From NCBI RefSeq assembly GCF_036365525.1, contig NW_027141237.1, positions 558,001 to 622,000 on the forward strand: a stretch of DNA of 64,000 nt, given 5' to 3'. The stretch comes from Heterodontus francisci (Eukaryota). The notes below the pieces were generated by a model. It ran no database searches and had not been told where the DNA came from. It saw nothing but the letters and a program-made list of their open reading frames with translations. This document shows, one piece after another, positions 37,330 to 51,230 of the stretch. Numbering within the stretch: position 1 is the stretch's first letter; each line of letters starts with the position of its first letter. The position numbers and the translations under genes are program-made.

Positions 37330-40300
37330 AAAATAACAAAGGTTAGGAAACATTTGTGGGAGTTGTTTATAGACCCCGAATGGTGGTTATAATGTTGGTC
37401 TGAGTATAAACCAAAAAACTCAAGGAGCATATAACTAGGGTTATGCAATAAATATGGCGAATCTTTATACAGATTTGACAAAACAAATTGTCACAAGTAT
37501 CTTGGAGAAAGAGGTCATTGAATTCATTTGAGACATATTGAAAGAATAATACGTCAAGCAGCCAACTATGGGGCAGGTTATTTAAGACAAGTATTGTGTC
37601 GTCAGACAAGGTTAATTCGTAACCTTATAGTAAAAGATCGTCTGAGGGAGAGTGATAACAATATGACATAATACCATATTGAGTTTGAGGGTTAAGCACG
37701 AAACTAGAATATTAAATGTAAACAAAGCCGAGTCGGTAGGTATGAGGAGCGAGTTGGAGAACGTAGATTGGAAAATTTCAATTTCATGTTATGACATTCA
37801 AAAATCAATGAAGGACATTTAAATAAACAATTGCTCATATTCAACGAATATACATTTCTTTGAGGAACAAAATGTTTATGAGAAATTAGGCTAGAGAAGT
37901 TAAGGATAGTATTTGATTAAGAGAAGAGGATTACAATGTTGTGAAAAAGGTAGTAAGTCTGAGGATTGTGAAGATTTTAGAAATCAGCAAAATGAACAAA
38001 GTTAATAGAGGGAGAAAATATAACAAGATAATAAACTAGCAATGAGTGTAAAACCAGATTGTAAGCATTTCTACAAGAGTTTCTACATGTCTGTAAAAAG
38101 GAAGAGACTAGCTTTGGTAAACCTATGCTGCTTTGAGGCAGAAACGGAAGACATTATAGTGGGGAGGGAAGAAATAGTATACATTCAACACTTATTGTGC
38201 CTATATCTTCACAGTAGAAGACACAAAAAACATACTGAAGAGAGTGGGAAATCAAGATTCAAACTAGACCAAGGAATTTAAAGTCATTGTTATTAGTTAA
38301 GAAAGTTACTGGAGGAATTGCTGGGACTAACAGCCAATGAATCTCCTGGATCTGATGGCTTACGTGCCAAGATTTTAAAAGAAGTGGCTGCAGAGATTTT
38401 GGATGTATCAGCTTTGATCTTCCAGAGTTGCCTAGATTCTACAACGGTCCCTTGGAAAGAACTGGATTGCATTCTACCGTGCTGCCCAAGGAAGACAGAA
38501 GTCAGAAACTAGGGAACTATATAGCAGTTGGTCCGACATCAATTGAAGTGGAAATGATGGAAGTTATCATTAGGAACGCGTTAATAGGTTACTTAGAATC
38601 TAGCGGAGTTTCTTGAGGGTGTAACTAGCAGAGTAGATACGGGGGAACAGTAATTGTGCATATTGGAGTGTTCAAATACATTTCAAAGTTGCCACACATG
38701 AGTCTTCTGTAGAGGCATCATCCTCCTGGGATTGTGGATGAAATATTATCATGGATTGGAAATTGGTTAGCAGTTAGAAAAACAGACAGTAGGAGTAAAT
38801 AGGTCATTTTCAGCTTGGCAGGTTGTAACTAATGGGGTGTCGTAAAGATCATTGCTTGGTCCTCAGTTATTTCCAACTATAACAATGAATTGGACGTGTA
38901 ATTTATCTTAGTTTTCCCACAATACAGAACTAAGCGATAAAGTGAAATGTGAGGAGGACGCAAATAGTCTACAAAGGGATATAGACAGGTAAAGTGAATG
39001 GGCAAGAAGGTGGCAGATGAAGTATTAAAAAAACGAAATGTGAAAATATCCACTTTGGCAGGAAGAATTGAAAGCAGAATAGTTTTTAAAGGTGAACGAT
39101 TGATAAACAAAGGCATAATACGAAATAAATGACTTTATTCCCTTATACGGACTAAACCAAATCAGGAGTACATCCCTATGAATCTCCCTTTATTTAGTTC
39201 AAACCAGACAAATTCTTATAGACCCTTATTTGGGTCCAAAGAACTGAAGTAGTTTCCCCTCAAAGAAAAAAATCTAAAAGTGAATATTACCATCTTTTGG
39301 ATAGTCTCTTTAAAAATAATTATGGCTAAGTCATTATTATCCCAGATATTATAAGGGTCTGGGAAACGCTCTTCAATACATATCTCTCCACTTAAAGAGA
39401 CACAGAGAGGAGGTTCTTGTAGTTGTATACAGAATACTACATGAGACGAATTATCAGTTTTTATATCTTTATTTAAGAATTGAACATGTAATACACTTTT
39501 AAGTGGATAACTATATCACAATATCAAACATTACTATGAAATATAACACATAATCCTATTTATAACATAGAATTCAAAAGTTCAACCTTGTCAATGTTGC
39601 AGAGAAATATCTTAGAACATCCATCAAAATTTAAAGTAAACTTTTACCTTAAATTCCCCGAGCAAGCCATAATGTGAGAGGTATTGCTGAGGATTCAACA
39701 CTTCTAATTTTTGCTTCAGAAACTTTCCTATTTATACTGCTTCTGAGGTTTCATCTGACATTTTACAAACATCTCCACTTAATGTTTCACTGGAATTCCC
39801 CTGCACTTGAAGTTGTGAGCATTTATCTTGTCAAAATATTTAGAATTGTGTTCACTTGACCTCTTATTCCTGCAAGTATTATTCCATTTATTGTTTTGTT
39901 GGCTATAACTGTGTTGGTATGGTACTTGTAAGCAACCTTTTGAGCCAATTTGTTGACATCACCAGTCTCATAAAATAATAAAGTTTATAGCTACCTCTTA
40001 CTCATGTCACACAGGATATTTCAATATGTGTTTATCCTCCAATTCCCTGGCAACAGAGACGCTGAAATGGATTTCCTAACTTCAAAGTTGAGTCTGGTTC
40101 ACATTGTATTGTAACAGGGACCTTGAAATACCTTGACATTTGTAATTCTACCTTCTTAAAGGGAGATGTCACTGGGTCTTGAAAACTGACCATTTATTCA
40201 ATCTCTAATTCTAAATGGTATAATATATTAACTATCCCTAAATTCTATCTAATTAAGCCTATTATAACTATATTCCATCGCAAATAAACGTTTCCATTCA

Positions 40301-40985
40301 TAAGCATTTGGGTGTCCGTGTACAAACAATCAGGAAAGCAAATGCTTTGTTAACCTCTTTGCAAGGGGGGTTTGAGTATAATAGTAAGGATCTTTTTCTG
40401 CAATTATATCGGGATTTTGTGAGAGCACACCTGGAGTATTGTGTACAGTTTCTTTTGTCAACTTTCCGAAGGAAGGATAGATCTACCTTGGAGCTGATGT
40501 AATGAAGATTCACTGTACTGATTCCTGGATGACAACTTTGTCTGAATAAGCAGAATGCTTATCAACTTTGTCTGAATCCTGCAGGATTTAGAAGAATGGG
40601 AGGTGATGTCATTGAAATATATAAACTTCTTAAAGGTTTGACAGCGTAGATGCTGAACGACTGTTAGATGCTTCGGCATCTAGGACCAGCGATCAGAGTC
40701 TCGTTCAAAGTGCTTTGCCATTTAGGACTGAGAAGAGAAGGTTTTTGTTTTTTCGCCGCAGAGTGATGATTCTTTGGAATTCTGCCTCTCTGAGAGGGTT
40801 ATGGATATGCAGCGGTTGAATGTTTTCTACAGATAGATTGATAGGTTGTTGGACACTAAGGGAGTCAAGGCATATTGAGCTAGGGCGGGTAAGTGGATTT
40901 AATCGAGAGCTTCAGCTATAAATTTATTGAATAATGAAACAGGTTTGTAAAGGCCACATGGCCATTACCTGCTGCTACTTCTTCT
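37330..40985 (+). mobile_element. Old CR1 ORF2 copy interrupted by a ~1.2 kb insertion (39110-40282)
   Basis: GVVYRP at 37360, SPGSDGL, GNY..V; resumes at ~40290 with LGV...VRAHLEYCVQF and the 3' end. Confidence 0.75.
39110..40282 (-). mobile_element. AT-rich insertion in CR1, possible solo LTR
   Basis: Interrupts colinear CR1 sequence. ATAAAC lies on both flanks (possible TSD). The minus strand has ATATAAAAA (~39460) followed by AATAAA (~39135). Termini are not clean TG..CA. Confidence 0.4.
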
Positions 40986-41035
40986 GCACTTAACACAAAA
41001 TTGTGTTTTAGCAACTCCGTAGTTATTCTGCTTAT

Positions 41036-41934
41036 CTAAAAGATCTTAACAATCTGATTCACTGGATATTTCACCATCTTCTTTAACTCCTCTCTGAATT
41101 TAGTCTGGGTCACTGCATAAATAAAAGTGTTGGTGCAGCAGCTCAATAAAAGAAGAACATATCCGGTTTCTTGAAGGATGTAAAGTGGATCATTATAACT
41201 TGTGTAAGTATTATTATCAGTGATTCGAGCATACATGTAATGGATCGTGTACGTCAGCCATAACAGTATGAAATTGCCAGATATACTGAACAGCAAAACT
41301 ATTGATTTTCTCCTGTTCTCCATCTCAGGGTCAGGATTATTTACAGAGCTGGTGTTGCCCCGCAATATCCTGCGGGCTCTGCTGGCCACTAATATATATC
41401 TCACTGTCAGGGCATTGAGCAGCAAAATAACGTAAAATGGCAGAAAAGGGGTCACTATGCAGTCGAGACTATAAAATACTAGCCAAAGGGGTGAAGTATG
41501 AAAGCTTGATCTCATCCGGCAAAACCAGGGCAATTTGTTAATTATGTACAGAGGTTCATATAAAAAGTAAAGTGGGATGTTTTTTAAACAACTCAGAGCT
41601 AACACCGTGCCGACAACGGCAGATGCTGTTTCTTTTGTGCAATATTTAGTTTTCAGCTTCTGCCAACAAATGGATATAAAGCGGTCAAAAGTGAATGTGA
41701 CGGTTAACCAGACAGACAGGTCTCTGGTTGTATAAACCAGGGCAGTTTTTATGCTACATATCGGAGTCAGCGACAGATAGGTTCCGGGGAAGTAAATGTC
41801 AATGATTCGTTGCAGTATGACGACAATGATGACAACCAGTAGATCCGCCGTTGCCATAGCCACCAGGTAGTAGCTGACACATTTCGAAAGACCGCACTTT
41901 CCCCGGGACAGGATCGCAATCGCCAAGATATTAA
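41036..41934 (-). CDS. GPCR gene D exon 2: GPR139/GPR142-like orphan class A receptor
   Basis: Acceptor ccttccctacag|TTAATATCTTG; intact 899 nt; YLVAMATADL, FTFDRF, PWFC, LNALTV, SCCTNTFIY, FREEL. Confidence 0.95.
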
Positions 41935-42539
41935 CTGTAGGGAAGGATCGGGAGCAAGAGAATTATTGGCATACTTTAATGAAAAGAAGCAGTATGTGTA
42001 CACATCTGATATTGGATTGATATTGACTTTGTGTGATAATGCAAAAAGGCGGTGGCGAGGAGAGAGGCTGTTTTACATCTCCCTCCATCAACGTCAATGG
42101 AAATAAAAAATCAGGAGCAATGTAAAACATGCTGCCAACTGACTATCACTGGTTTTACATCATTGTGCATGTCAATATCTACTTCTTTGTTACTGCATCC
42201 CGCAAGAGAATACATTTTCAAGTGAATGTAGTTTTCGAATTATAACATTTAGAAATCATATTAACTTTTAAATGGTCTGGGTTAATGTAAATTGATAGTT
42301 GAAATCATAAGAAGCAAGTCTTATCCGGAACTTAAAGGCAGTTATTGCTAACAAGCTATAAATAAGCTCTGAAATAAATATGAAACCCACCAATATTTTC
42401 TTTATTGAATACGTTAAAATGCATTAAGATAAAGGGTGGAACGGCCAAATCTAGTGCCCTCTGGGTGTCAAAGAACTTACATCTTATGATAAGGTAGAAA
42501 CGGAAAGCTTATGTCAGACACTGAGAACTGAATTTTGCA

Positions 42540-44437
42540 GAAAGCTGAGAGGAGTATAGAAAGTGAAATAAAAAAGGAAATTTGGAAAGCAAAGAAAGTC
42601 TACAAAAGGATACTGTCAAGTAAGATCAATGAATCCCCAAAGTTATTTATCAATACATTAAGAGCAACAGAATAACTAAGGGAAGAGTAGGACCCAGAAA
42701 AGACCAAAAATGTAATGTTGGAGTGGAGGCAGAAGATGTGGGTCTGGTTCTCAATGAATACTTTGCGTCTGTCTTCACAAAAGAGGGGAACAATGCAGAT
42801 ATTGTAGTTAAGGAGAAGGAGTGCGATGCATTGGATGTGATAAACATAGGAAGAGAATTAATAAGGGGATTAGCATCCTTGAAAATGTATAAATCACCAG
42901 GGCTGTCTGAAATGTACCCAAGGCTGTTCGAGGGCCAGGGAGGAAATAGCAGAAGGTCTGACCATCATTTTCCACTCCTCACTGCATACAAGTATGGTGC
43001 TGGAGGATTGGAGAACTGCTAACGTTGTATCTGTGTTTAAAAAGGGAAGGCGAGATAGACCAACCAATTACAGGCCAGTCGGTCTAAATTCAGTAGTGGG
43101 AATCTTGTTGGAATCAATTCTGAGAGACAGGATAAACTGTCACTTCGAAAGGCATGGATTGATCAAGGATAGTCAGCATGGATTTGTTCAGGGAATGCTG
43201 TGTCTGACTAACTTGATTGAATATTTTGAAGAAGTAACAAGGAGGATTGATGTGGGTAGCGCAGTTGATGTGGTCTACATGGATTGTAGCAAGGCTTTTG
43301 ACACGTCCCAACATGGCAAACTGTTTAACAAATAAAAGCCAATGGGAGTCAAAGAAACGTAGCAAGCTGGCTACAAAATTGGCTCAGTGGCAGGAAACAA
43401 AGGGTGATTTTGAGGGGTGTTTTTGTGTCTGGAGGGCTGCTTCCAGTGGGGTTTTGCAGGGCTGAGTACTCGGTCCCCTGCTTTTTATTTTAACGATTAG
43501 AATGTAAATGTAGGGGTAGTGATCAAGAAATTTTCAGACGACTCAAAACATTTTCTGCCTAGTTGATAGCGAGGAGGATAGCTGTGGACTGCAGGAGAAG
43601 GCAGCACTGGACTCAGCAGGTGGGTGGAAAAGTGGCAAATAGAACCTAACCCAGATAAATGTGAGGTGATGCATTTGTGGAGGTCAAAAGAGATAAAGAA
43701 AGATACAGTAAATGTGAGGATACTGAGAGGTAGAGGAAGTGAGTGACTTGGAGTGAATGGCCACAGATCCTTGAAGGTAGCAGGACAGATCGATCAGATG
43801 ATTAAGAAGGCATCTGGAATCCTTTACTTTCTTAGCCGAGACGTGGAATATAAGAATAGGGAGGTGAGACTGGAACTAGATAAATCATTAGTTAAGCCAC
43901 AACTTGAATACTGTGTGCAGTCTGATCAGCTCATTAGAGAAATGCTGTAATTGCATTAGAGTACAGAGGATGTTGCCAGGACTGGAAAATTGCAGCTATG
44001 AGGAAATATTGGATAGGCTGGGGGGGCGTTCACCTTGGAACAGAGGAGGCTGAGAGAAGATTTGATTGAGGTGTGTAAAATTGTGAGTGGATGGGAAGGA
44101 CCTATTTACCTTAGCAGAGGCGTCAGTGACTAGGGGCGTAGATTTAAAGTGGTTGGTAGAAGGATTAGAGTGGAGATGTGAAAACATATTTTCACCTAGA
44201 GGGTCGTGGGGGTCTGGAGGTCTGGACCTCACTCCTGAAAGGGTTTTGTAGAGGTAGGAACCCTCATCTCATTTCACAGGTGCCTGGATGCGCACCTGAA
44301 GTGCTGTTATCTGGAGGGCTATGGACCAAATGCCGGAAAGTGTGATTTGGCTGGGTGGCTAGTTTTTTTTTCCAGCTGACACAAACACCATGGACCAAGT
44401 GGCCTCTTTCTGTGTCGTAAACATTCTGTGACTCCAT
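42540..44437 (+). mobile_element. CR1 ORF2 fragment with 3' end, in the intron of gene D (antisense)
   Basis: LNEYFASVFT, DWRTANV, QHGFV, YMDCSKAFD, LVKPQLEYCVQ. Confidence 0.9.
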
Positions 44438-45229
44438 GGTGAATAATTTCCAATAACCAACAACTTGAAGAGCAAGAAATTATTTAAATATACTACAAAA
44501 TACAACTCAGTAAGAGTTTCAGATTAACAAAGTAACTGATAAATAATGATCCATAAATTGCTTCCTGCAGTTGTTAATTTTATGACGGACACCTGGATTC
44601 CCCGCTAAAGCATGAGAACCGTAGTGCGGCAGATTAACTAAACTGATTAAATGATGTGGCTTCATAAAGGCTGTTGAAGCATCAGATACGGCAGGATGAT
44701 ATTGGGGACAAGAACGAGCTGCTAACTGACCAACACTGCTGTCTAGACCCGAAGGCATTTGGCACATCACCGATTATTCAAATTGTCAAAAAATAGTTCT
44801 TGTGGCCCTATGGCCAGAAGTACTAGTTTGGGAAACTTACAACACAGGAAATAGGAAGGATAGTAAAGAGTGAGTGGAGGTTAATGAACAGAGCTAAGAG
44901 TAACTGATGTGATATTACTTTGGGTGACTTGAGGCAATGTCTGGGGATCTATATAATTGAGATCCTTTTAAAAATATACTTCATAATTAACAAGTAATGG
45001 AAGGGATGATTACATGTCCTGTCACTTACCTGGATAATAGATAACTTGTTGAATCAAGCGAATATGTCTTTGGCCTTACAATGTAGGATGACCATATTGA
45101 CAGACGTTTGAACAGATATCCAGTGCTGGATGACGCACAATTGTCAATAAATAAGCTATTATTTTCGGTCTAGAACAAACTCTGTTCCTCAAACACCTAA
45201 TCTGCCTCCCACCCTAGCCATTTTCCAAG

Positions 45230-45665
45230 AAGAATCAGGCTATTTGCAACATTAGTGATCTCTCTGACCGTGAGTTCAGCCTGGGACATCATTTCATTTC
45301 GAATACCAAAATTCGTGTCTTTGCACCTCCAGAATATTGCCCATTCCTGCCCCTATCTGCTCCTGAAATATTCCACCATGCTTTTCTACCTCCAGCCTGG
45401 ATTATATCAGTGCTTTACTGGCTAGCCTCCAATCGGTCACCTGCTCATCCAAAACTCTGATTTCCATTTCCCAATTCTTACCAAGTCCCGTTCACCCACC
45501 ACACCTGTGTCCACTGACAGACGTAGCTTCTCAGCCCACCAGCAGTTCTCATCTCCACGTTTAGATCGCCTGTGGTCTTGCCCTTCGCTAACTTATGCAT
45601 TTATTTCAGCTCTGCAAGCCTAAGACAATTTTACCTCCTTCTAATTCGGACCTCTTAACCATCGC
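45230..45665 (+). mobile_element. L2 LINE RT C-terminal fragment
   Basis: Degenerate HLQNIA..., HAF.TSSLDY..ALLASL, LIQNS, ..SPTTPV motifs of L2 ORF2. Confidence 0.6.
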
Positions 45666-46806
45666 CTGACACTGTCGATCAGATACTAACAGGAATATTT
45701 CAAGATACATGGACGCAATTCCAGCAATATTAATGCTCTGTTAGTTAAAAATCCTTGAGCTCCAAATCTACTCAATTGACGCTGACTGCTAGAAATCCTC
45801 CCACCGGAAGGCATAGTCTGATAATCGGTTATAAAACCAAGATTGAAAAGTCCTTTCCGAGACTTCAATTTCATTTGCGCTCATGTTATCATCAGCTGTA
45901 ATCTTTTCCCACAAAGCGCAGCAAATAAGTCTGAATTTTTTGATTTATTTTAGGTAAGGGATTGCATGTGGAGCCTTGGCAGAAAAATGGTTTTGAGGAG
46001 CAGAGGAGGCATGATGTCATTCAAAAACTGAATAAATTCCAGGAGCTGAATTGACTACTCCGCTTTCCAAATACTTTAGATTTTCACGTCAATCAACACT
46101 CTTGCTTCCTGCAAGGCAACCGTAAATGCCTGAATTAGAGAAGTGAAGCCGCCTCTATCAAACACTTGAGAAAGAATCTTGTGCGAAGGGGGTTTGTTGT
46201 TAACACTATTTTAAGGTGAACCCATAGTCAAACCAAGAAGCTGAAATATCTGGACATGATTCCGCTGATTTAAAACGTGATTGCATTTTATTCCAGAGCA
46301 ATAATTTGAAATGAGTGTTTTAGTTTAATTGCAAAATGCGAATCAATTTACTCAAGTATGCAAAAAGAACTTAGATGGTTAACTCAACCATTTCAGAAAA
46401 GAAACTTCTTGAATGTAATTCCTTTTGTTACACACCGCGTTTCACAGACATTAGAAATTACTTCCATCATATTTAACACAATTGTCATTATTTGCAAGAG
46501 TACAAATGTAATTATTTGAATACATGCATTGCAAACAGCTGGATACGAGATTGCAAATCCATGCGTGGACCAGACTAAGCCGGAGACATTTGTCCATATT
46601 GGAGGAGCAAAACATTTCATTAAATCGATTACTTAAAATAACTGTATTTCTGTTATGATACATTGTAGTCTGAACAAAATAATGGGAGGACTGCAGTGTG
46701 AAAACTGTAGCAAGCACATCGAAGTCGGTCTTTCACAAAAAGATAGTTTGCAAGATCGATCATAAATTAAACCTGCAATGAGCAATCTGTTAGTATAATC
46801 ACTCAC

Positions 46807-46876
46807 CTGGAACACCGACCACTGCAAGAATCGGATAGCAAATAGCATACACCAGACCATTTGGTGGTTCATGCAT
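46807..46876 (-). CDS. GPCR gene D coding exon 1 (MHEPPNGLVYAICYPILAVVGVP + 1 nt)
   Basis: 70 nt from ATG to CCAG|GTGAGT, phase 1; clear paralog of gene B exon 1. Intron 41935-46806; protein 322 aa. Confidence 0.92.
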
Positions 46877-46958
46877 TTTCTGTCAGATATGATTGTCTCT
46901 ATTCGTGCAAACTGCACAGGCTCCGACAAGTCTTCATGAATAACTTGCAGATTCTCCC

Positions 46959-46967
46959 ATATATATT
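46959..46967 (-). promoter_or_regulatory. Candidate TATA box of gene D
   Basis: AATATATATG on the minus strand, about 85 nt upstream of the ATG. Confidence 0.35.
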
Positions 46968-47469
46968 TGAGAGAAGCCTCTCGTGACACAATTAGGTAAT
47001 CATGAGGGACATGCGTTACAGTTATTTTAACAAACAACAAGATGTGATGTCATGATATATTCAGTGATGCAACTCTATCAATAAATATTATCAATGCATT
47101 TATGAGCCTGGTTATACTTCTGTGTATGTTTGTCTGTGTATGTGAATGAGAGAGAGAGCGAGTTGGTATCAGATAACTTCAAGCGCCCAGTAAAATTTTG
47201 GACATGCGCATTTTTACCAAAACTATAGAGCATATCTTTTATCCAGAGTTCTTGTATGAGAATCCTTCTCAATAAGATCCTCCATCTAAGATGAAGCTGA
47301 GCTCAACTTTAAACAGACCGTTCAAGGTTACCCACGTTTAGCCTTTGCTTAAAGGTGCCTCAGAGGAATTTAACGGAATCATGTTAAAATACATGTGGGT
47401 GTTTGGATCCGCCAAACAGAATTACAATGATTTGAAGAACATATCAGAACTCCACGGTTTTGGGTGCTT

Positions 47470-47680
47470 GTGCAGGTTGGTTAGCTCTGTTGGCTATAGA
47501 GCTACCCTGTGATACAGGGAAACGCTAACAGCACGAGTTCAATTCCCGTGTTGGCTGCAGCAGTTCATGGAAGCCCACCTTCTCGCCTTGTACCACTCTT
47601 GAGGAGTGGTGCCGCTCAACCTACACATCACTAGCTCTTTCTCTCTAATTGGGAGAGATGTCGATGGCCCTTTGGGTATG
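47470..47680 (+). mobile_element. tRNA-derived SINE
   Basis: A box-like ggttagctctgttgg and B box gagttcaattcc. Confidence 0.5.
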
Positions 47681-50479
47681 AACTCAATGGAAATGAAGAA
47701 GGGTTATTGATAAACGTGGTCTCTGTACAATTGTAAACTGGCTCCCTGCTTCCTATAGATATGAATAATGAAGGGGCAGAGGAAGCAGTGAAACCCAAGA
47801 GTAAACCAATGGATATCGCGTGTACAGCACATGAGAAGCTATTAGCGTCAATGGGGTTTACATTCATCAATCGGTCGCCGGTTTTGATCTCCACTCGATG
47901 TTCATTTCCATTGGCCTTAATGCAAAGAGAAATCAGCCGGAGTCTTACACAAGATACGGAGGGGTTATCGCCCATTTTCCGTTGCTGCACAAAGGCCGTT
48001 TCACTTGTTGTCTGTCACAGTGATTTCCATAGAGATGGAATATATCAACAACATCCAGGACAGAAACAACTTTAATGTGCAACAATTATCTCATGCGTTA
48101 TCTAAGCAAGCATTTCCTCCTCCAGCAACATTGTGTGTGAGGTATTAGTCCCAATATTCTCTGCCTTAGAACATAGAACATAAAACATTACAGCGCAGTA
48201 CAGGCCCTTCGGCCCTTGTTGGACAGTTAGACAATTTTACGCGAAATTATTACATATCGACATTTCTAAGCATTATTGCTGCATTTCAAAAAGCCTAAAA
48301 TTGAAATAATTTGAACATAATGTGTGCAGCCTGCATATAGACCGGGCTCGCGCATATTTATCTTTCCAATCGCTGGGCACTCAATATCGTGTTTTGGGGC
48401 CATGCCTCGTTGAGCTGCAGGTTGATCCAATTAAATTCTCTGCTTTTTCTCTACAACTCGATACCACAGACGAGAGAATGTAAACTGAAAGTAGAATGAG
48501 GGTTATGGAGGAGGAGATGCAATGGCCATTTTACCAATTTTAAGGCCAAGACCTTTGTGCAGTGTATTGGATGGATTCCGCTGTAACATGTGCATCTGCT
48601 GTGACGAAGGATAATTTATAATCTCGCCGTTTGGTCGTGACTATGTTCATGTTTATTTGCTTTCAACAAATGCTATCTGTTGACTCCGTGTCTAAGAATG
48701 AATCAGAGGCACACACATCAGTAATATGTTAGTAATATCATTGAAGAATTAATTCTTTCCTGACCTCCAAAGAAAGGCCACGTGTCTTTCTTACGGTGGT
48801 TTTATAAATTGATGTATACAATTGCAACTTATTTGGAAGCCGAGACATAAAAGGCCTTTTAGAACTGAGAATTAAGGAGTGTTTGGGGCGGGGAGAGGGG
48901 GAATGGTCGGAGTGCAGTGGGGTGGGCAGGGGGTGAGTTTCATCTCTACTGCTGCAGAAAGCATCTATAATTGTTCATACAGAGAATATACCCGAATAGA
49001 ATATAGAATATACTCCATACAGAGTTCCGACAGAGAACCTGGTGGGAAGGGGTGGAATAGAGTTTTCATGGGGAGAGAGGTAGGGAGAGGGGAAAACAAT
49101 TTTTATTGACTGTGGGGATGGTGGGAAGGGGTTGAAGGGCAAAGGTTAGAAGGTAGAAGGTAGCTGGGGAACATGGTAAGCTTTGTAAATATAGAGAAGT
49201 GAAATGAGCAGAGGGCGGGGGCGGGGCGGTTGGGGAAGGGCCCCCATCTACTATTTATTTATTGAAAACATATTAAGTATAACAAATCTTTAAAAAAATA
49301 AATTTGTGCGAAGGGCTTAAAGCCCTTTAAAAATGACGCCGATGCCATAGGCGGTGGGGACGTCGACACAGAGACAAGGCGGCCGCCCACTCTACGTCAT
49401 TAGCGGCGGCCGCTCCGCCCCTTTTTAAAATCAGTCTCGCCGCATAATATCGGCATAATATTGCGGGGGCTGTGTGTAGGAAAGCTGCCACTCACACAGC
49501 GCCCTGATAAAATCGAGCCCAGTGAGTTGAATTTCACCGGCCCCTCGTCATCGCGGGTCACAGTGCGTAGGCTGGTAAAATGCTGCGGGAAGAGGCCCGC
49601 CTCGACCCGCGATGGAGAGAAGAGCCTGCCGCATCTTACTGGCGGCGGCGGGACTATGGTGCCCCCACCACCCCTCCCCCGCCGCACGCTGCCCGCACCA
49701 CAATTAGTATATGGTAAAGAGTACTTACCTTTGCTGAGTATCCGGCCCGCCACCCTTCCACTGACACTTCCGGATTTTTAGCTGAACGTGCGGCCGACAC
49801 ATACCATCCCTTTCACGATTTGACAAGTAGGTGAGTACACAGAGGCAGGGGCTGTCGCCACCGAAGGTAAGTTCTGTCATTCAGAGGTCTCTCTCAGCAT
49901 TCTTAAAGGGAGGAGGGAAGGGAAATATTCAGGGGTCTCACTCTGTATTCTGAATGGGAGGGCGTCTGGGGTTACCGGTGGGAAAGCTGTGCTGGCATGC
50001 AGGGAGGTACCGTGTACAGTCCCTCTGTTAACAGTGTATGCCGTGTGTTTGTGAGGGGGAAATGGCAGACTAGGCAACCTTTGCTTGGGAAGGGTGCCAT
50101 AAAGGAAAGAAGCATTAAGGTTAGATGGATGGTGGGGGCAATCGGTTCAGCTGGTATGATCTTCACGTGATCATGCTGTGCCACTCTGAATGATGGCCAC
50201 AATGCACAATGCCATGGAACGCCAATAGTCGATCCAGAAAAGGAGTTGATGTACGTGTCAACACCAATCCATGTCCTGGTAGGAACCATCAAATACATGC
50301 AGGGTTCAACATTTTTTAATCACATGGTAATAGGTATGGCTCATTATACATTGTGTGATCCTCTGCATGTGAGGATCCATATGCACCAGAGGCAATACCA
50401 ACAGGCAGGTGCGTTCTACATAAAGGCCACTGGTTGCGAGCAGAAGCCCCCAAGGGGAGGTCTCCAATATATTTGCTGT

Positions 50480-51230
50480 GCCTCTGCAGGCCGCACATCA
50501 CATGCCATCGGATGTCAGACCACCAGTGTCAGCGGGGATTGCGAATATAGAGACGATATGACACGTCTCTGTCCCCTGCTCATGGATGACCTGCAGCCCA
50601 TGGGATCCGGTGGACATCCATGCCTTTGTAACTCACAGTGGCAGCGGTTCTCAAGGCTGACACCTCTATAGCCGATTGGGGGCCCACCAGAGACATTTGT
50701 GGGGTCACACCGTCAGCAGTGCACCGCTGATCAGGGAGGTCACCAATGCCCTGCACCGGAGGGCGAGTGAAGATGTCTGATTCGGGCCCAGAGGGCCATT
50801 GGTTCTGGCAGCATTTCCAGAGAACCATAGGTTGTAATGTTCATAGACTGCACTCATGTGGCTATCAGGCCTACTGCCAAGCTACCACCTGCAGACGTCA
50901 CAATTAAAGGAGCCCTCTCAGTCTAGTTGTGGCTGGCATGTGAATACCGCAGATGCTTGCAGAGAATGTGTGACCACTTCTGAGGCAGCTGTCATGCACC
51001 TGGGTCTTGCGCCAGTCCCAGCTGCCACCACTATTCACTGAACGTCCATAGCTGGAGGGGTGGCTTCTTGGGGATAAGGGCTATCCTTTGCAGACATGGC
51101 TCCCAACACCAGAGAGAGACTCCACCACTGCTGCAGAGGAGAAATACAATTCCAGCCACTGAGCTACATGAGCCACCATTGAACAGGAGATCGGCATGCT
51201 GAAAGAGCGCCTCCAATGCCTGTATGGAAA
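50480..51230 (+). mobile_element. PIF/Harbinger transposase (HARBI1-like) relic; the element probably spans ~49300-51850
   Basis: LMDDLQPMGSGGHP, DICGVTPSAVHR..REVTNAL, IDCTHVAI (50843), [16 protein letters not shown] (51061), YN..H*AT*ATIEQEIGMLKERLQCL. All three DDE motifs are present; stops and frameshifts. Confidence 0.85.
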
